A DNA stretch of 37,756 nt from an uncultured Pirellulales bacterium (GCA_964569935.1 CAZMWN010000002.1:1-37756); one strand, 5' to 3'. Shown: positions 17,686-27,565, counted from the first letter of the stretch. Notes: a model not told the origin generated them from the letters alone. Numbers and translations are program-made.

Positions 17686-20600
17686 AAAGAGTATTTCTTT
17701 TAACATTTTTGTGCTCCATAGCTTTAGGGGTGACTACGAAGAAGAATGTATCTCTTCATTCTTTTAATGCAGGCGAGCTTTCTCCGTTAATGAATGCCCG
17801 CAGTGAACTCGTTAAATACAAGACTGGTGCTAAGACTCTTGTTAATATGCTCGTAAGGTCGCAAGGGCCTGTCCAGAGACGGCCTGGAACGAAATACATC
17901 GCCGAAGTAAAAGACTCAAACGACTTTGTAAGACTTATTTCTTATAGAGTAAATGACGACAATGAATACATCGTGGAAATGGGCGATGAATACTTGAGAT
18001 TTTGTCACGATGGCTCTCAAGTGACTTATGGGGAAAGTCCTTACGAAGTAAGTTCTCCTTACGATGCAAACGATATATTTGAGGTTCAGTATGCCCAGGA
18101 TGCTGAATATATGAGGTTCGTTCATCCTGACTATCCACCATATAAGCTTGCCTATTCCGATGAGACTTCATGGGCAATGGACAAAATAGCATTTCGTAAC
18201 GGCCCGTTTCTCAAAGAAAACGAAGACACCGCGGTAAAAATAACTCCGACTTACGAAGTCGAGCCTTCCGGTGATATAACAAACGAGGCTGGATGCGAGT
18301 ACGATGCAAGCAGCGCATACGCAGATTTCTATACTGCTTCAAAGGCGTTTGATAATGTTATTTCGTATTTGGATGGTTGGGGTGCGACAAGTTACGATGA
18401 TGAATGGATAAGCTGTAAGTGGACGGAAGCCAAGACGATAAAGAAAGTCAGGATTCAGAATTGTTTTAATAAAGATTGGATAGCTGTTGACGTTGCAAGA
18501 TGCAAAATAGAAGGTAGTAATAACGGTTCGGATTGGACGAAAATACCAATCAATGATTGGGCGGGTGCTTGCCATGTTTATGATACGAACGAGGCCCTTT
18601 TGGATTGGACTCGTGATTACGAATTATGGGCGACGCTCTATCTTGATAACGATACGGCCTATACTTATTATCGTGTTTATTGTTATGATTCGTGGGGTTC
18701 TTATTACAATTGGACCGGAAGGTTCGGCAGTTCGGAGATTTTACTTGGCCTTAATGAAATAGAAATGATGGAAGATGCCGATTATACTGGCGAAGGTGAA
18801 GTAAAGCTTGAAGCGACAGACGATATATTCGATGAAGAGCACGAAGGTTCCTTGTGGCAAATAAGCCACGTTCTCGATTCCAATAGTATTAAAGGTCAAT
18901 TCGGTGGTTCGGATGAAACCAAACTATATTACGATTATGACAACCCCGGAGCCGGTTGGGTAGAATCTGATTATTCCGGTGAGATAAACGTATATGAGAA
19001 TCAATACATAGATTTTTCCACGCATTCGAGCTGGTCAGGTACTATAATTCTTCAAAATTCATACGATGACGGCACTACATGGCACATAGTATGTGAACAT
19101 ACATACGATTACGACGGCAATATTATCTGGAGTGGTCAGGAAAGGGAAGACAATGCTGTATATAGGATTTATATGAAAACCTATAACGGCGGATTTCCAT
19201 GTTTCAATTTATCTTCGAGGGGAATGACTTACGGCGGTGTAGTAAAGATTACTTATTACGTTGACGCCAACGAAGTGTATGGCACTATATTAAAAGAACT
19301 TGCAAGTACAGATGCCACTTACAAATGGTCGGAGGGGGCATGGAGCGATTATCGTGGCTGGCCTCGTACAATAGCTCATCACGAACAAAGATGTATTTAC
19401 GGCGGATCATCTTCTTATCCCGATAATATTTGGGCTTCTATAACAATGGAAGAAAATGAAGATTACGACGATTTCGATGTAGGATTAGGAGACAACGATG
19501 CCGATGCCTGGACTTATATCTTAGCGGGAGTTAATCAAATTCAATGGATGCTGTCGAGAGAGTTTTTAATGATAGGCACTTCGATAGGCATAGGTAGATT
19601 AGGCCAGCCCGACAAACCTATTACTCCGACATTCGATCCTACTTTCAGAATGCAGGCCATGAACGGCTCGGCTTATATACAGGCTGTGCCGGCGGGCAAT
19701 GCTATACTTTATATAGAACGTGGCTCCCAAAAGGTCAGGGAAGTAACTTATACTCATACTTCCGAACGGTACGTTGCGCCTGATATGACAATTCTCTCCG
19801 AGCATATAACAGGTGATGGAATTACTCAGATAGCTTTTCAGAACAGGCCAGACCTTATTTTATGGTGCGTTCGTGAAGATGGGACTTTGCTTTCTTTTAC
19901 TTACAATAAAGACCATGAAGTCCTCGCTTGGGCGAGACATACAACTGGCGACTCAGATGATTTTGAATCAATAGCCTGCATTCCTAATACCAACGAAGAC
20001 GAATTGTGGGTAATAACTAAAAGGGAAATCAATTCGATTGACAGGCGTTACATAGAGCAATTCCAGCCCGTGGATTGGGGAACCGACCAAAATGACTGTT
20101 GGTTTGTGGATTGTGCCAAAGAACCAACGCTTTATGAGGGCGCACCGTCAAAAGGTAAGGATTCTAAGGAAATATTACTGGCATACAATCCTGTACCCGG
20201 CATTATTGTTACCGATGTTCCACCATTGTATTTATCCCAGACCTATAAGATATATGAAGACCTTGACCATCTTGAGGGCAGGGATGTATCTGTTTTTGCT
20301 GATGGTTGGCCGATAGGAACATATACGGTTGCGAATGGGCGAATATTTCCGCCAATTGAATATACTAATATAATTGTCGGGCTTCCTTACACTTCGACTT
20401 TCGAGACGATGCCCTTGGCAACTTATACGGATTTTGGTATGAGTGCCTATCAAAGAACGCAAGTTCAAAATCTCACTTTGGATTTATACGAAACTCTCGA
20501 CTTTAACGTGGGAACAGATTCGACTCATACTCAGGCACAGGCCATATCTTCGCTTAAAACCGGTCTGTGGCCAACGGAGTTCCCAAGAGGTAGATTTACA

Positions 20601-20690
20601 GAGCCAACAATATATTTCGATGTTAATGAACCTTCTCCGTTTACTTTAAGGGGAATTAGTTGTCAACTTGAAATTTCTTATCAGGAATAA
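17682..20690 (+). CDS. tail tubular protein B / nozzle-like protein with inserted discoidin-like domain
   Basis: 1002 aa. The N-terminal motif SLHSFNAGELSPLMNARSELVKYKTGAKTLVNMLVRSQGPVQRRPGTKYI matches the pattern I recall for BPP-1/T7-group nozzle ('stabilisation') proteins. A GTG at 17730 is a possible alternative start. Confidence 0.5.
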   Translation: MKRVFLLTFLCSIALGVTTKKNVSLHSFNAGELSPLMNARSELVKYKTGAKTLVNMLVRSQGPVQRRPGTKYIAEVKDSNDFVRLISYRVNDDNEYIVEMGDEYLRFCHDGSQVTYGESPYEVSSPYDANDIFEVQYAQDAEYMRFVHPDYPPYKLAYSDETSWAMDKIAFRNGPFLKENEDTAVKITPTYEVEPSGDITNEAGCEYDASSAYADFYTASKAFDNVISYLDGWGATSYDDEWISCKWTEAKTIKKVRIQNCFNKDWIAVDVARCKIEGSNNGSDWTKIPINDWAGACHVYDTNEALLDWTRDYELWATLYLDNDTAYTYYRVYCYDSWGSYYNWTGRFGSSEILLGLNEIEMMEDADYTGEGEVKLEATDDIFDEEHEGSLWQISHVLDSNSIKGQFGGSDETKLYYDYDNPGAGWVESDYSGEINVYENQYIDFSTHSSWSGTIILQNSYDDGTTWHIVCEHTYDYDGNIIWSGQEREDNAVYRIYMKTYNGGFPCFNLSSRGMTYGGVVKITYYVDANEVYGTILKELASTDATYKWSEGAWSDYRGWPRTIAHHEQRCIYGGSSSYPDNIWASITMEENEDYDDFDVGLGDNDADAWTYILAGVNQIQWMLSREFLMIGTSIGIGRLGQPDKPITPTFDPTFRMQAMNGSAYIQAVPAGNAILYIERGSQKVREVTYTHTSERYVAPDMTILSEHITGDGITQIAFQNRPDLILWCVREDGTLLSFTYNKDHEVLAWARHTTGDSDDFESIACIPNTNEDELWVITKREINSIDRRYIEQFQPVDWGTDQNDCWFVDCAKEPTLYEGAPSKGKDSKEILLAYNPVPGIIVTDVPPLYLSQTYKIYEDLDHLEGRDVSVFADGWPIGTYTVANGRIFPPIEYTNIIVGLPYTSTFETMPLATYTDFGMSAYQRTQVQNLTLDLYETLDFNVGTDSTHTQAQAISSLKTGLWPTEFPRGRFTEPTIYFDVNEPSPFTLRGISCQLEISYQE

Positions 20691-20693
20691 ACT

Positions 20694-21278
20694 ATGGGAG
20701 CTTTATCTTTATTTATGATGGCTGGTGGCCAGACGATGCAGGGCATTCAGAAATATCGCCAGCTCAAAAAACAAAAAAGTTCCTTAAAGGCACAGGCGGC
20801 AGAGCTTGACTTGCAGGCTAAATATACCGAACGAATGGCATTGAGAGGCCAAAGAGAACTATTAGAGCAGGAAGATATTACTTTAGGCACTCAAAAAGCG
20901 AGAACGGCAAAGGCCGGATTGAGAGTAGGTGGTGGTTCAGCTTCTGCAAGGAGAAAAGCATTATCTGAGAAATATGGTCGTGCGAGAGAAACGATTGAGA
21001 TGCAGGCAAGCGAAGAAATCAGGCGATTAAATTATCAGGCTGCGATTCTCCGCAAAAGGGCTAAAGAGGCCAAAAAAGCGAGCAAATGGTCGAAGTTGAC
21101 TTCTTTACTGGCTGGTGGTGTCGCTTTAGGAATTGGTTTATATGGTTTGGGGTTTTTTGGTGGTGGTGCAGCGGGGACTGCTGCGTCAACTAGCGGTCTC
21201 GGTGGTATGAGTAGTAGCGTTGGTGGCTCTGGCGGTGGATTATTAGGTGGTCCTACTGGATTAATACCACCAGTTTAA
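20694..21278 (+). CDS. internal virion protein (gp14-position), coiled-coil plus Gly-rich hydrophobic tail
   Basis: 194 aa, which fits the T7 gp14 size class. C-terminus is LLAGGVALGIGLYGLGFFGGGAAG...GGSGGGLLGG. Confidence 0.45.
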   Translation: MGALSLFMMAGGQTMQGIQKYRQLKKQKSSLKAQAAELDLQAKYTERMALRGQRELLEQEDITLGTQKARTAKAGLRVGGGSASARRKALSEKYGRARETIEMQASEEIRRLNYQAAILRKRAKEAKKASKWSKLTSLLAGGVALGIGLYGLGFFGGGAAGTAASTSGLGGMSSSVGGSGGGLLGGPTGLIPPV

Positions 21279-21290
21279 CAAAGGTAAATA

Positions 21291-22841
21291 ATGAACATAT
21301 TTAGAGATTATACGGGACAGGAAGAGCAGGCAAAAGCCGAGTTCGGACGGACTTTATTCGATATAGGCTCAATGTTACTTTCTGAAACTATACGCAAAAA
21401 AGAGAGTGAAGAATACTCGAACGCTATAGGACGATTCATTTCAGAGTCAGAAGAATATTACGCATGGCAAAGAGAGAACGCCGACAAGCCGGAAGAATTC
21501 GTGAGCGAGATTGACAGTCGTAAAGACAGAATGTTATCGAACATTTTAAAGGACGTAAAGACTCCGGGCGCAAGAGATAAGATAATCAACAGGTTCAGTA
21601 TAGATTTCGAGCAAATTCGAGCGGGTGCAGCGGAGACGTCCTTTAGGCAATCACAAACGAACAAGGAACAGGCTTTCGACATTAACCTTACTAATGCAAT
21701 TGATATTCCCGCCGATACGCTTTTAACGGAATCGGTAGTGCAAAACCGCATAGACTCCGTTATAGAACTTATTGACGAAAACTACGGTGGCGTTCCAGAT
21801 TTAATGACGCCCGAACAACAGAAATTCATCGAAAATGAAGCCTTTCAATCAATAATAAGTCAGTACATTCTACAAAATGCCCAGAGTGTTGATGATATAG
21901 GCAAAGCCAACCAGATAGCCAGAGGGTTTGGCGTTGATCCCGTTTTCAATGCCAATGAGATTGTGAAATTAAGGTCAAGTTTTCAAGCTCAAATAAGAGC
22001 ACAACAGCGATTAGATGATGATGAATTGAAAAGAATTCATGGAGAAAATTCACGACAGCTTATTGCCGATTATTGGGATGGTAAATTAAACGATCCTCAA
22101 GTTGTAAGTGATGCTTTAAGGAATAACCTGATAGATGGAACGACTGCAAAGTATTTGTACAATGGATTGACTAAATCAAATCCAGACAAGCTTGATTTTA
22201 TCGCCTATCGTGAAGTCAAAGAATCGATTAATGATGTTGGTTTGGGTACTAAAACAGTAGATGAAGCCTATAAAGTTTTAATGAAAAATTCTTTGAAATT
22301 AGATAAGACAACTGGTAAGTCATTGGCGGCGGAGATTATAAGCGAGCACAATAAAGCCGACGAGGAAATGAAGCGAGAGGCACGTTCTTTAATGGAGGAA
22401 CTTATAAGAGAAAAAGACCCGTTAAGTGGTATGTTCAAAGATGACAAGTTGCAGATATTAGCTACCGCCGAAGCCGTTCTTACTCTTGATAAAGAACTTG
22501 AGAAAGCCGCCGAACAGGGAAAACCGTTGGAAAGGCGTGACATCTTGATAAAGGCTATGGAAGTTGGCAAAATGATAATCAAGCGCGAAAGGCTCGATGA
22601 AAAACAACCTACACCAGAAGGAGTAATAACTCATCAGATAAGCGAAAAACAACCGAATAGAGCAGGACAGACGGCTTACTCGATACCGAGCAATGTTCCG
22701 ATAGGTACTTATAATAAAGAAGGCTCGATAATCTTGAATGAACGTGGTGTTTTGTGGCTTAGGGATTACGCACGTAAAAACGGAATGACTATAGAGCAGG
22801 CGAGAAATTTCGCAAAAGAGAATAACTGGATAATACAATAA
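21291..22841 (+). CDS. internal virion protein (gp15-position, putative)
   Basis: 516 aa with a helical, charged composition. It lies between the 194-aa and 1368-aa genes. Confidence 0.4.
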   Translation: MNIFRDYTGQEEQAKAEFGRTLFDIGSMLLSETIRKKESEEYSNAIGRFISESEEYYAWQRENADKPEEFVSEIDSRKDRMLSNILKDVKTPGARDKIINRFSIDFEQIRAGAAETSFRQSQTNKEQAFDINLTNAIDIPADTLLTESVVQNRIDSVIELIDENYGGVPDLMTPEQQKFIENEAFQSIISQYILQNAQSVDDIGKANQIARGFGVDPVFNANEIVKLRSSFQAQIRAQQRLDDDELKRIHGENSRQLIADYWDGKLNDPQVVSDALRNNLIDGTTAKYLYNGLTKSNPDKLDFIAYREVKESINDVGLGTKTVDEAYKVLMKNSLKLDKTTGKSLAAEIISEHNKADEEMKREARSLMEELIREKDPLSGMFKDDKLQILATAEAVLTLDKELEKAAEQGKPLERRDILIKAMEVGKMIIKRERLDEKQPTPEGVITHQISEKQPNRAGQTAYSIPSNVPIGTYNKEGSIILNERGVLWLRDYARKNGMTIEQARNFAKENNWIIQ

Positions 22842-25800
22842 ATGCCGGATTTACTCGAAAAAATATGGGATGAAACGACTACCGAAGATTCGCTTGAAAG
22901 GGCATGGAATCAACCTCAACAAAAAGAATACGACCCCAAAAAAGAATACGAAGAAATAGAAAATATAGTCGATATGAAAATCGATTTACCTGAATTAGAT
23001 ATGCGTGATATTCAGGACAATTATAGACTTCTCGTTGCAGATCCGCAGGACTTCAAACCACCGAAGGTCGAAGATGCTACTTTGCGATTGGAGGCTTATA
23101 AACCAACTAAATGGGAGAAGATAAAAAAGTTTTTAATAGGCGAGCCTACTTACTACTTGCCGCCGGACGCCGACAGACTTGAGAAAGCGAAACAGATATT
23201 CGATGGTGTAATGTCAAATACCATCGGTCAGGCTTTGAAGATAGGCAAAGGTGGCCTTTTAGGTTTAGGTGAGATTGCATGGGCGGTTATAAAAAGAGAA
23301 ACACCTCAAGAGAATTGGGACGATGAAGTTCGCAATATGAGCCTTAATGAGGCTATGGATTGGCACGCAGGTTACAAGCCAGGGACTTTGCCAAATATAA
23401 TAGGTGACATTTCAGAATTTGCTGCGAGAATACAAGCGGTAGCACCTTTAGCACAGAAAATCGGACTTATAGGAAACACTCCCAAAGACATATCCGTTCT
23501 GCAAAAAGCGGCGGAAACGGCGAAACTTTTCGGCGGTGCAGCGGTAGTCGAACAAACGGCAAAGCTCACTTCGGAAATCATAGACCCAACCGAAGCTGAG
23601 TATGGATACGAAGGCCCGAAGGCCGTTCTTCGGGATATGGCAATAGGAGCAGCGTTTAGTATTGTTTCTCAAGGTGTTAGTAAGATATGGAAAGTTTTAA
23701 CTCCAAACGAACAAACGAGAGCCCTAAAGCTTTTGGGTTTGAAAAAAGGAGCTTCACCGGAAGAAATTACTAAAGCATCGAGAAAAATGGCTTTGAAATA
23801 TCACCCTGATAAAGTCAAGGGATTTGAGGAAGAATTCAAGAAAGTCATTAAAGCAAGGGATTTGCTTCGCAAAGGAGAACCACAGGATATTGTTTTTCGA
23901 GGCCAGAAAGTTACATTTAAGCCAAAACTTTTAGAAGGCGAAACAGTTGAACAACAGGCAATTCGTCTCAAAAAAGCTCCCCGGAAGCCTGTAGAGGCCA
24001 AACACCCCTTAGTTACCCCCAAAGAAGCGGAGAAAGTCCAGACAGCGAAGGCACAAGCTCAGGAAGTAGTACAGGAAGAGCAGCCGTGGGAAATGACGAA
24101 AAAAGAATATGGAAAACAAGAATCAAAAGTCAATTCAAATGTTTCGGGTATAAATTTGGTAGATAGAGCGGGAAATAAACCACTTTATCCACAAAGTTGG
24201 GAATGGAAATTAGCAGAAAGAATGCAGGAAAAGATTAAAAATGAGGGACATTTAGAAATATACGATCAAGCACAAACTGGTTCTCTTTATGGAAATATTG
24301 TATTTAATGATGGCAGAATATATCCTATTAGAATATCAGACCATCCAACAAAAACTAATTTGAATATTTTAAACAAAGCAAGAAAAGAAGCTAAATTTTT
24401 GGGAGAAGGACAACATAAAGAAATAGTCCAGAAGGCTTTATCTGAAAACAAGCCTGTCCCCCGCGAAGTTCTTGAAGAATACAAAGGCGAGAAGTGGGCG
24501 GACGAAGCCCTTGCGAAGATGGTGCCTTCCAAGACCGAGCAGGTCATTGAGAAACTAACTTCAAGGAATCTTGAATCAGCACCAGAACAGGAAATATCTA
24601 AAACAATTGACGAAAATATCGGTTTCGAGAAAGGTTTTGCCGAAGTGCCGAGATTGTCTTTTGTCAAAGAGGTTTACGAAAGGGCGCATGATTGGATATA
24701 TACTTTTGGCGAGACGAGAAGAAAAAACCCAGAATTGTACGATAAACTTTTCAAAGCATTTGGTAAGCGCAACGCTGCTGTCGAGAAGGCCATAAGCAAA
24801 CTTGAGAAAATAATACCGAAGCAAATCAAAATCTATGACGATGTCAATCTTTCGATAAGCTACGAGGATAAGAGACTCACACCGCCAAAGGACTTAGAAG
24901 AAACTTATAATGCTTACTCTGAAATTCTTGATGAAATCGAACGAAAACAGTTGGCCGAGGGGATATTCAAACAGAAATTTCAGGAAAGAATGATTGAGGA
25001 AAACAATGTCAGGATAGATGCACTCAAGGCCAAACTCATTCATCCGGAGAATTCGGTTAGAATACAAAGACTGATTGCGGAGAATGAACAATTAAAGAAT
25101 ATGCGTTATCTTCCTCATAGCAATGTGGCAAGAGCAGTGATTGAGGAAAGAATTAACCGCCTTCCACACGATAAGCGCAAGGCCATGCTCGATAAATTAA
25201 GTTATATTTACAAAAAGCGCAAAGGCAAGTTGTTCCTTAAAGATTATCTTAAGGAAGGTATAATCGAGAAAGACGATATAAGAATGTCACGTCTTGCTGC
25301 TCAAAGTCTTACTTCCTATTATTATCGTTCCGCTTTGAAGGAATTACATGAATACGCAAAGGCGAACGATTTAATAAAACCAGTGTCCGATGATTTAAGA
25401 GCCGAAGGATGGTTAAATCAAAGAGAGATAGGAATAACGTCACCCGAACTCAAGGAACAACTCGTTCATCCTCTTTATGCTCAAGCACTTAGGGAAATGG
25501 TCGAAATGCGCCATGGAAGGGGTAGTTTAAGACAGCAAATATTCGGGATGGTCAAAATTGGACAATTCATAAAACCAACTATTATATATACTTACAATGC
25601 AGTCCAGAAGTATTTCAGGGGCATGTACAGTCTTAATCCAAAGCATGAAGTCAAGAATCTCACTGAAGCCTTTAGTATAGTCCTTAATCAAACGCCGGAA
25701 TATCACAAGCTTAACGAATCGAATTTATACCAATTCCCTTACGAAGTATCACGTGCAGCGCAGGAAGAACAGATACAGGCATGGATTAATCAGCATAATC

Positions 25801-26948
25801 CCGACATCGAAAAGGCGATAAAATGGTTCGAGAAAACTACCGAAACGCCCTGGTTCGGAACGGACGTCACGCTCGGTAAAGCTACTAAGAATTTATTGAT
25901 GGCTGCTCATAGGGCGGTCGCACGTTATACATGGCTCGGTGACAAAGTCCAGAGAACACAAAGTTATCTTACTTTAAGACAAATGGGTTATCCGCATGAT
26001 GAAGCAGTCAAAGTAGCTTCTCAGGGACACGGAGGCTATTCGCTTCTTTCGAGAAAATACAAGGAGTTCATGTCAAAATATTTCTTCGTCTATAGTTTTA
26101 GATGGTTGATGCCTATCGAGATGGGTAAGACGTTGGTTGAACCGATAACCGATGGTCTTTATAATTACGTCAAGACTGGTGAAAAACCACCGAGACATAA
26201 AATGGAACGCTGGGCGAAAGCGTGGATAGGAGCGGTGGCTATTCCAGTCATGATAGATAGTTATATGCGGTGGCGTGGATTCGAGCCAGACGACAAGCAT
26301 CTTGGTCCTCTGGCGTGGAAGTACAAAAAAACGGTTGTAGTTGATGGTCAAGAAAATGAAATTGTTGTGGGTTTGAATTATATTCTTAATCAACCAATTA
26401 AATACTGGCAAAGATTTTCTTCTTATGATCCGATAAGGCCGGAGACCCGCTGGATGCAATCGCTAAAAAATGTGGCCAAATGGGAAATACATCCTTTATA
26501 TAGAATATTTTTCTGGGATATTTCTCAAAATCGAAGGAGTTTTGGTGCCGGCCAACAAGTATATAATACCGAAGCGAATCCAATATTACAATTTGGTCAA
26601 ATCTCTTCTTATATAATGGGACAATCTTTCAGGTTCATCGGCGGAATGATGGATGCGGTTGGTGAAGGTTCGATGACTGATAAAGAAAAGGAAAAACAAA
26701 AAACTATTTTAAAGGAAGGATTAACCTCTTTCGACAGGATACTATTCAAAGTATTAGGTTATAGTTATACACGACTCCCGCTTGAAGAAAGAAAAAATAT
26801 CGCCAAAGCACGGCTGCTCAAAGAGATAAGAACTCGCGGTATAAAGTATGGCCGCAAATACGAAGGTCAGAAATTAGACGAAAAAATGGATGAACTCAGA
26901 AATTGGGCACTGGAAATCGAAAAATGGATTGAAGAAGATATGAAGTAA
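22842..26948 (+). CDS. large internal virion/ejection-type protein carrying a J-domain
   Basis: 1368 aa, in the T7 gp16 size class and position. Residues of about 290-345 read ALKLLGLKKGASPEEITKASRKMALKYHPDKVKGFEEEFKKVIKARDLL, with HPD at residues 321-323. Confidence 0.6.
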   Translation: MPDLLEKIWDETTTEDSLERAWNQPQQKEYDPKKEYEEIENIVDMKIDLPELDMRDIQDNYRLLVADPQDFKPPKVEDATLRLEAYKPTKWEKIKKFLIGEPTYYLPPDADRLEKAKQIFDGVMSNTIGQALKIGKGGLLGLGEIAWAVIKRETPQENWDDEVRNMSLNEAMDWHAGYKPGTLPNIIGDISEFAARIQAVAPLAQKIGLIGNTPKDISVLQKAAETAKLFGGAAVVEQTAKLTSEIIDPTEAEYGYEGPKAVLRDMAIGAAFSIVSQGVSKIWKVLTPNEQTRALKLLGLKKGASPEEITKASRKMALKYHPDKVKGFEEEFKKVIKARDLLRKGEPQDIVFRGQKVTFKPKLLEGETVEQQAIRLKKAPRKPVEAKHPLVTPKEAEKVQTAKAQAQEVVQEEQPWEMTKKEYGKQESKVNSNVSGINLVDRAGNKPLYPQSWEWKLAERMQEKIKNEGHLEIYDQAQTGSLYGNIVFNDGRIYPIRISDHPTKTNLNILNKARKEAKFLGEGQHKEIVQKALSENKPVPREVLEEYKGEKWADEALAKMVPSKTEQVIEKLTSRNLESAPEQEISKTIDENIGFEKGFAEVPRLSFVKEVYERAHDWIYTFGETRRKNPELYDKLFKAFGKRNAAVEKAISKLEKIIPKQIKIYDDVNLSISYEDKRLTPPKDLEETYNAYSEILDEIERKQLAEGIFKQKFQERMIEENNVRIDALKAKLIHPENSVRIQRLIAENEQLKNMRYLPHSNVARAVIEERINRLPHDKRKAMLDKLSYIYKKRKGKLFLKDYLKEGIIEKDDIRMSRLAAQSLTSYYYRSALKELHEYAKANDLIKPVSDDLRAEGWLNQREIGITSPELKEQLVHPLYAQALREMVEMRHGRGSLRQQIFGMVKIGQFIKPTIIYTYNAVQKYFRGMYSLNPKHEVKNLTEAFSIVLNQTPEYHKLNESNLYQFPYEVSRAAQEEQIQAWINQHNPDIEKAIKWFEKTTETPWFGTDVTLGKATKNLLMAAHRAVARYTWLGDKVQRTQSYLTLRQMGYPHDEAVKVASQGHGGYSLLSRKYKEFMSKYFFVYSFRWLMPIEMGKTLVEPITDGLYNYVKTGEKPPRHKMERWAKAWIGAVAIPVMIDSYMRWRGFEPDDKHLGPLAWKYKKTVVVDGQENEIVVGLNYILNQPIKYWQRFSSYDPIRPETRWMQSLKNVAKWEIHPLYRIFFWDISQNRRSFGAGQQVYNTEANPILQFGQISSYIMGQSFRFIGGMMDAVGEGSMTDKEKEKQKTILKEGLTSFDRILFKVLGYSYTRLPLEERKNIAKARLLKEIRTRGIKYGRKYEGQKLDEKMDELRNWALEIEKWIEEDMK

Positions 26949-26983
26949 ATTTTAGTGAAGGATACAAACAAAGGTAGAAAACA

Positions 26984-27226
26984 ATGAAAGATGGCAATGG
27001 AATCTGGCGTAAATTAAGTGTAGTTATAACGATTGTAGTGATTATAGCGACTGCTATATTTGGTTATGGACTTTTATGCGCAAACGTGAAAGCGAACAAG
27101 GAAGATATAGCTGGAATTGAGCCAGATGTTAAAAAAAACACTCAAGCAATAGAACGTATGGAAGCAAAACTTGAGTATATTAGAGAAGGCATAGATGATA
27201 TTAAAGAAGATTTGAGGGAGAGATAA
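26984..27226 (+). CDS. small membrane protein with coiled-coil tail (holin/spanin-like position, unproven)
   Basis: 80 aa with one TM segment (LSVVITIVVIIATAIFGYGLLCA) followed by a charged helix. Confidence 0.5.
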   Translation: MKDGNGIWRKLSVVITIVVIIATAIFGYGLLCANVKANKEDIAGIEPDVKKNTQAIERMEAKLEYIREGIDDIKEDLRER

Positions 27227-27230
27227 TGAC

Positions 27231-27407
27231 ATGGATATTGACCAAATCAGGCATGATATTGCCTCTAAAGCCTCGGAGGTTATGAAACTGCTTACCGATT
27301 TGAACGAAGCAGAAAAAACAATCAGTCGTTTAAGAAACGAAATCATAGAATCAAGAGTTGAACTCAAGAAAATGTATGAGGAGATAGACGAAGCACTTGA
27401 TAAATAA
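27231..27407 (+). CDS. small coiled-coil protein
   Basis: 58 aa read by hand (MDIDQIRHDIASKASEVMKLLTDLNEAEKTISRLRNEIIESRVELKKMYEEIDEALDK). GGGAG lies upstream. It is below the ORF-track length cutoff. Confidence 0.45.
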   Translation: MDIDQIRHDIASKASEVMKLLTDLNEAEKTISRLRNEIIESRVELKKMYEEIDEALDK

Positions 27408-27408
27408 G

Positions 27409-27558
27409 CTATTTCGTTAGCATATTTATCGCCTGTCTTATGGCTTCCGAGCGTGTTCTAAAATCGTTGTCTTTGCGCCATTTCTCGAATTTCCGCCACC
27501 ATTTATGGCTGGCTTCTATCCGAACATCGTGTACTTTGTGATATTTTTTTGCTTTCAT
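27409..27558 (-). CDS. ribbon-helix-helix (CopG/Arc-type) transcriptional regulator
   Basis: 49 aa translated by hand: MKAKKYHKVHDVRIEASHKWWRKFEKWRKDNDFRTRSEAIRQAINMLTK. The layout is a beta strand then two helices, and the RSEAIRQAI motif is typical of RHH proteins. It is the only credible minus-strand gene in the window. Confidence 0.6.
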   Translation of the reverse strand: MKAKKYHKVHDVRIEASHKWWRKFEKWRKDNDFRTRSEAIRQAINMLTK

Positions 27559-27565
27559 AAACCTT

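Noticed and set aside
17682-17729. The signal-peptide-like N-terminus of the nozzle-like protein counted as certain
   Set aside because: A GTG at 17730 would start just before the conserved SLHSFNAGELSP motif, so the hydrophobic extension may be an ORF-calling artefact. I kept ATG 17682 because of its ATGA coupling, but I flag it as uncertain.
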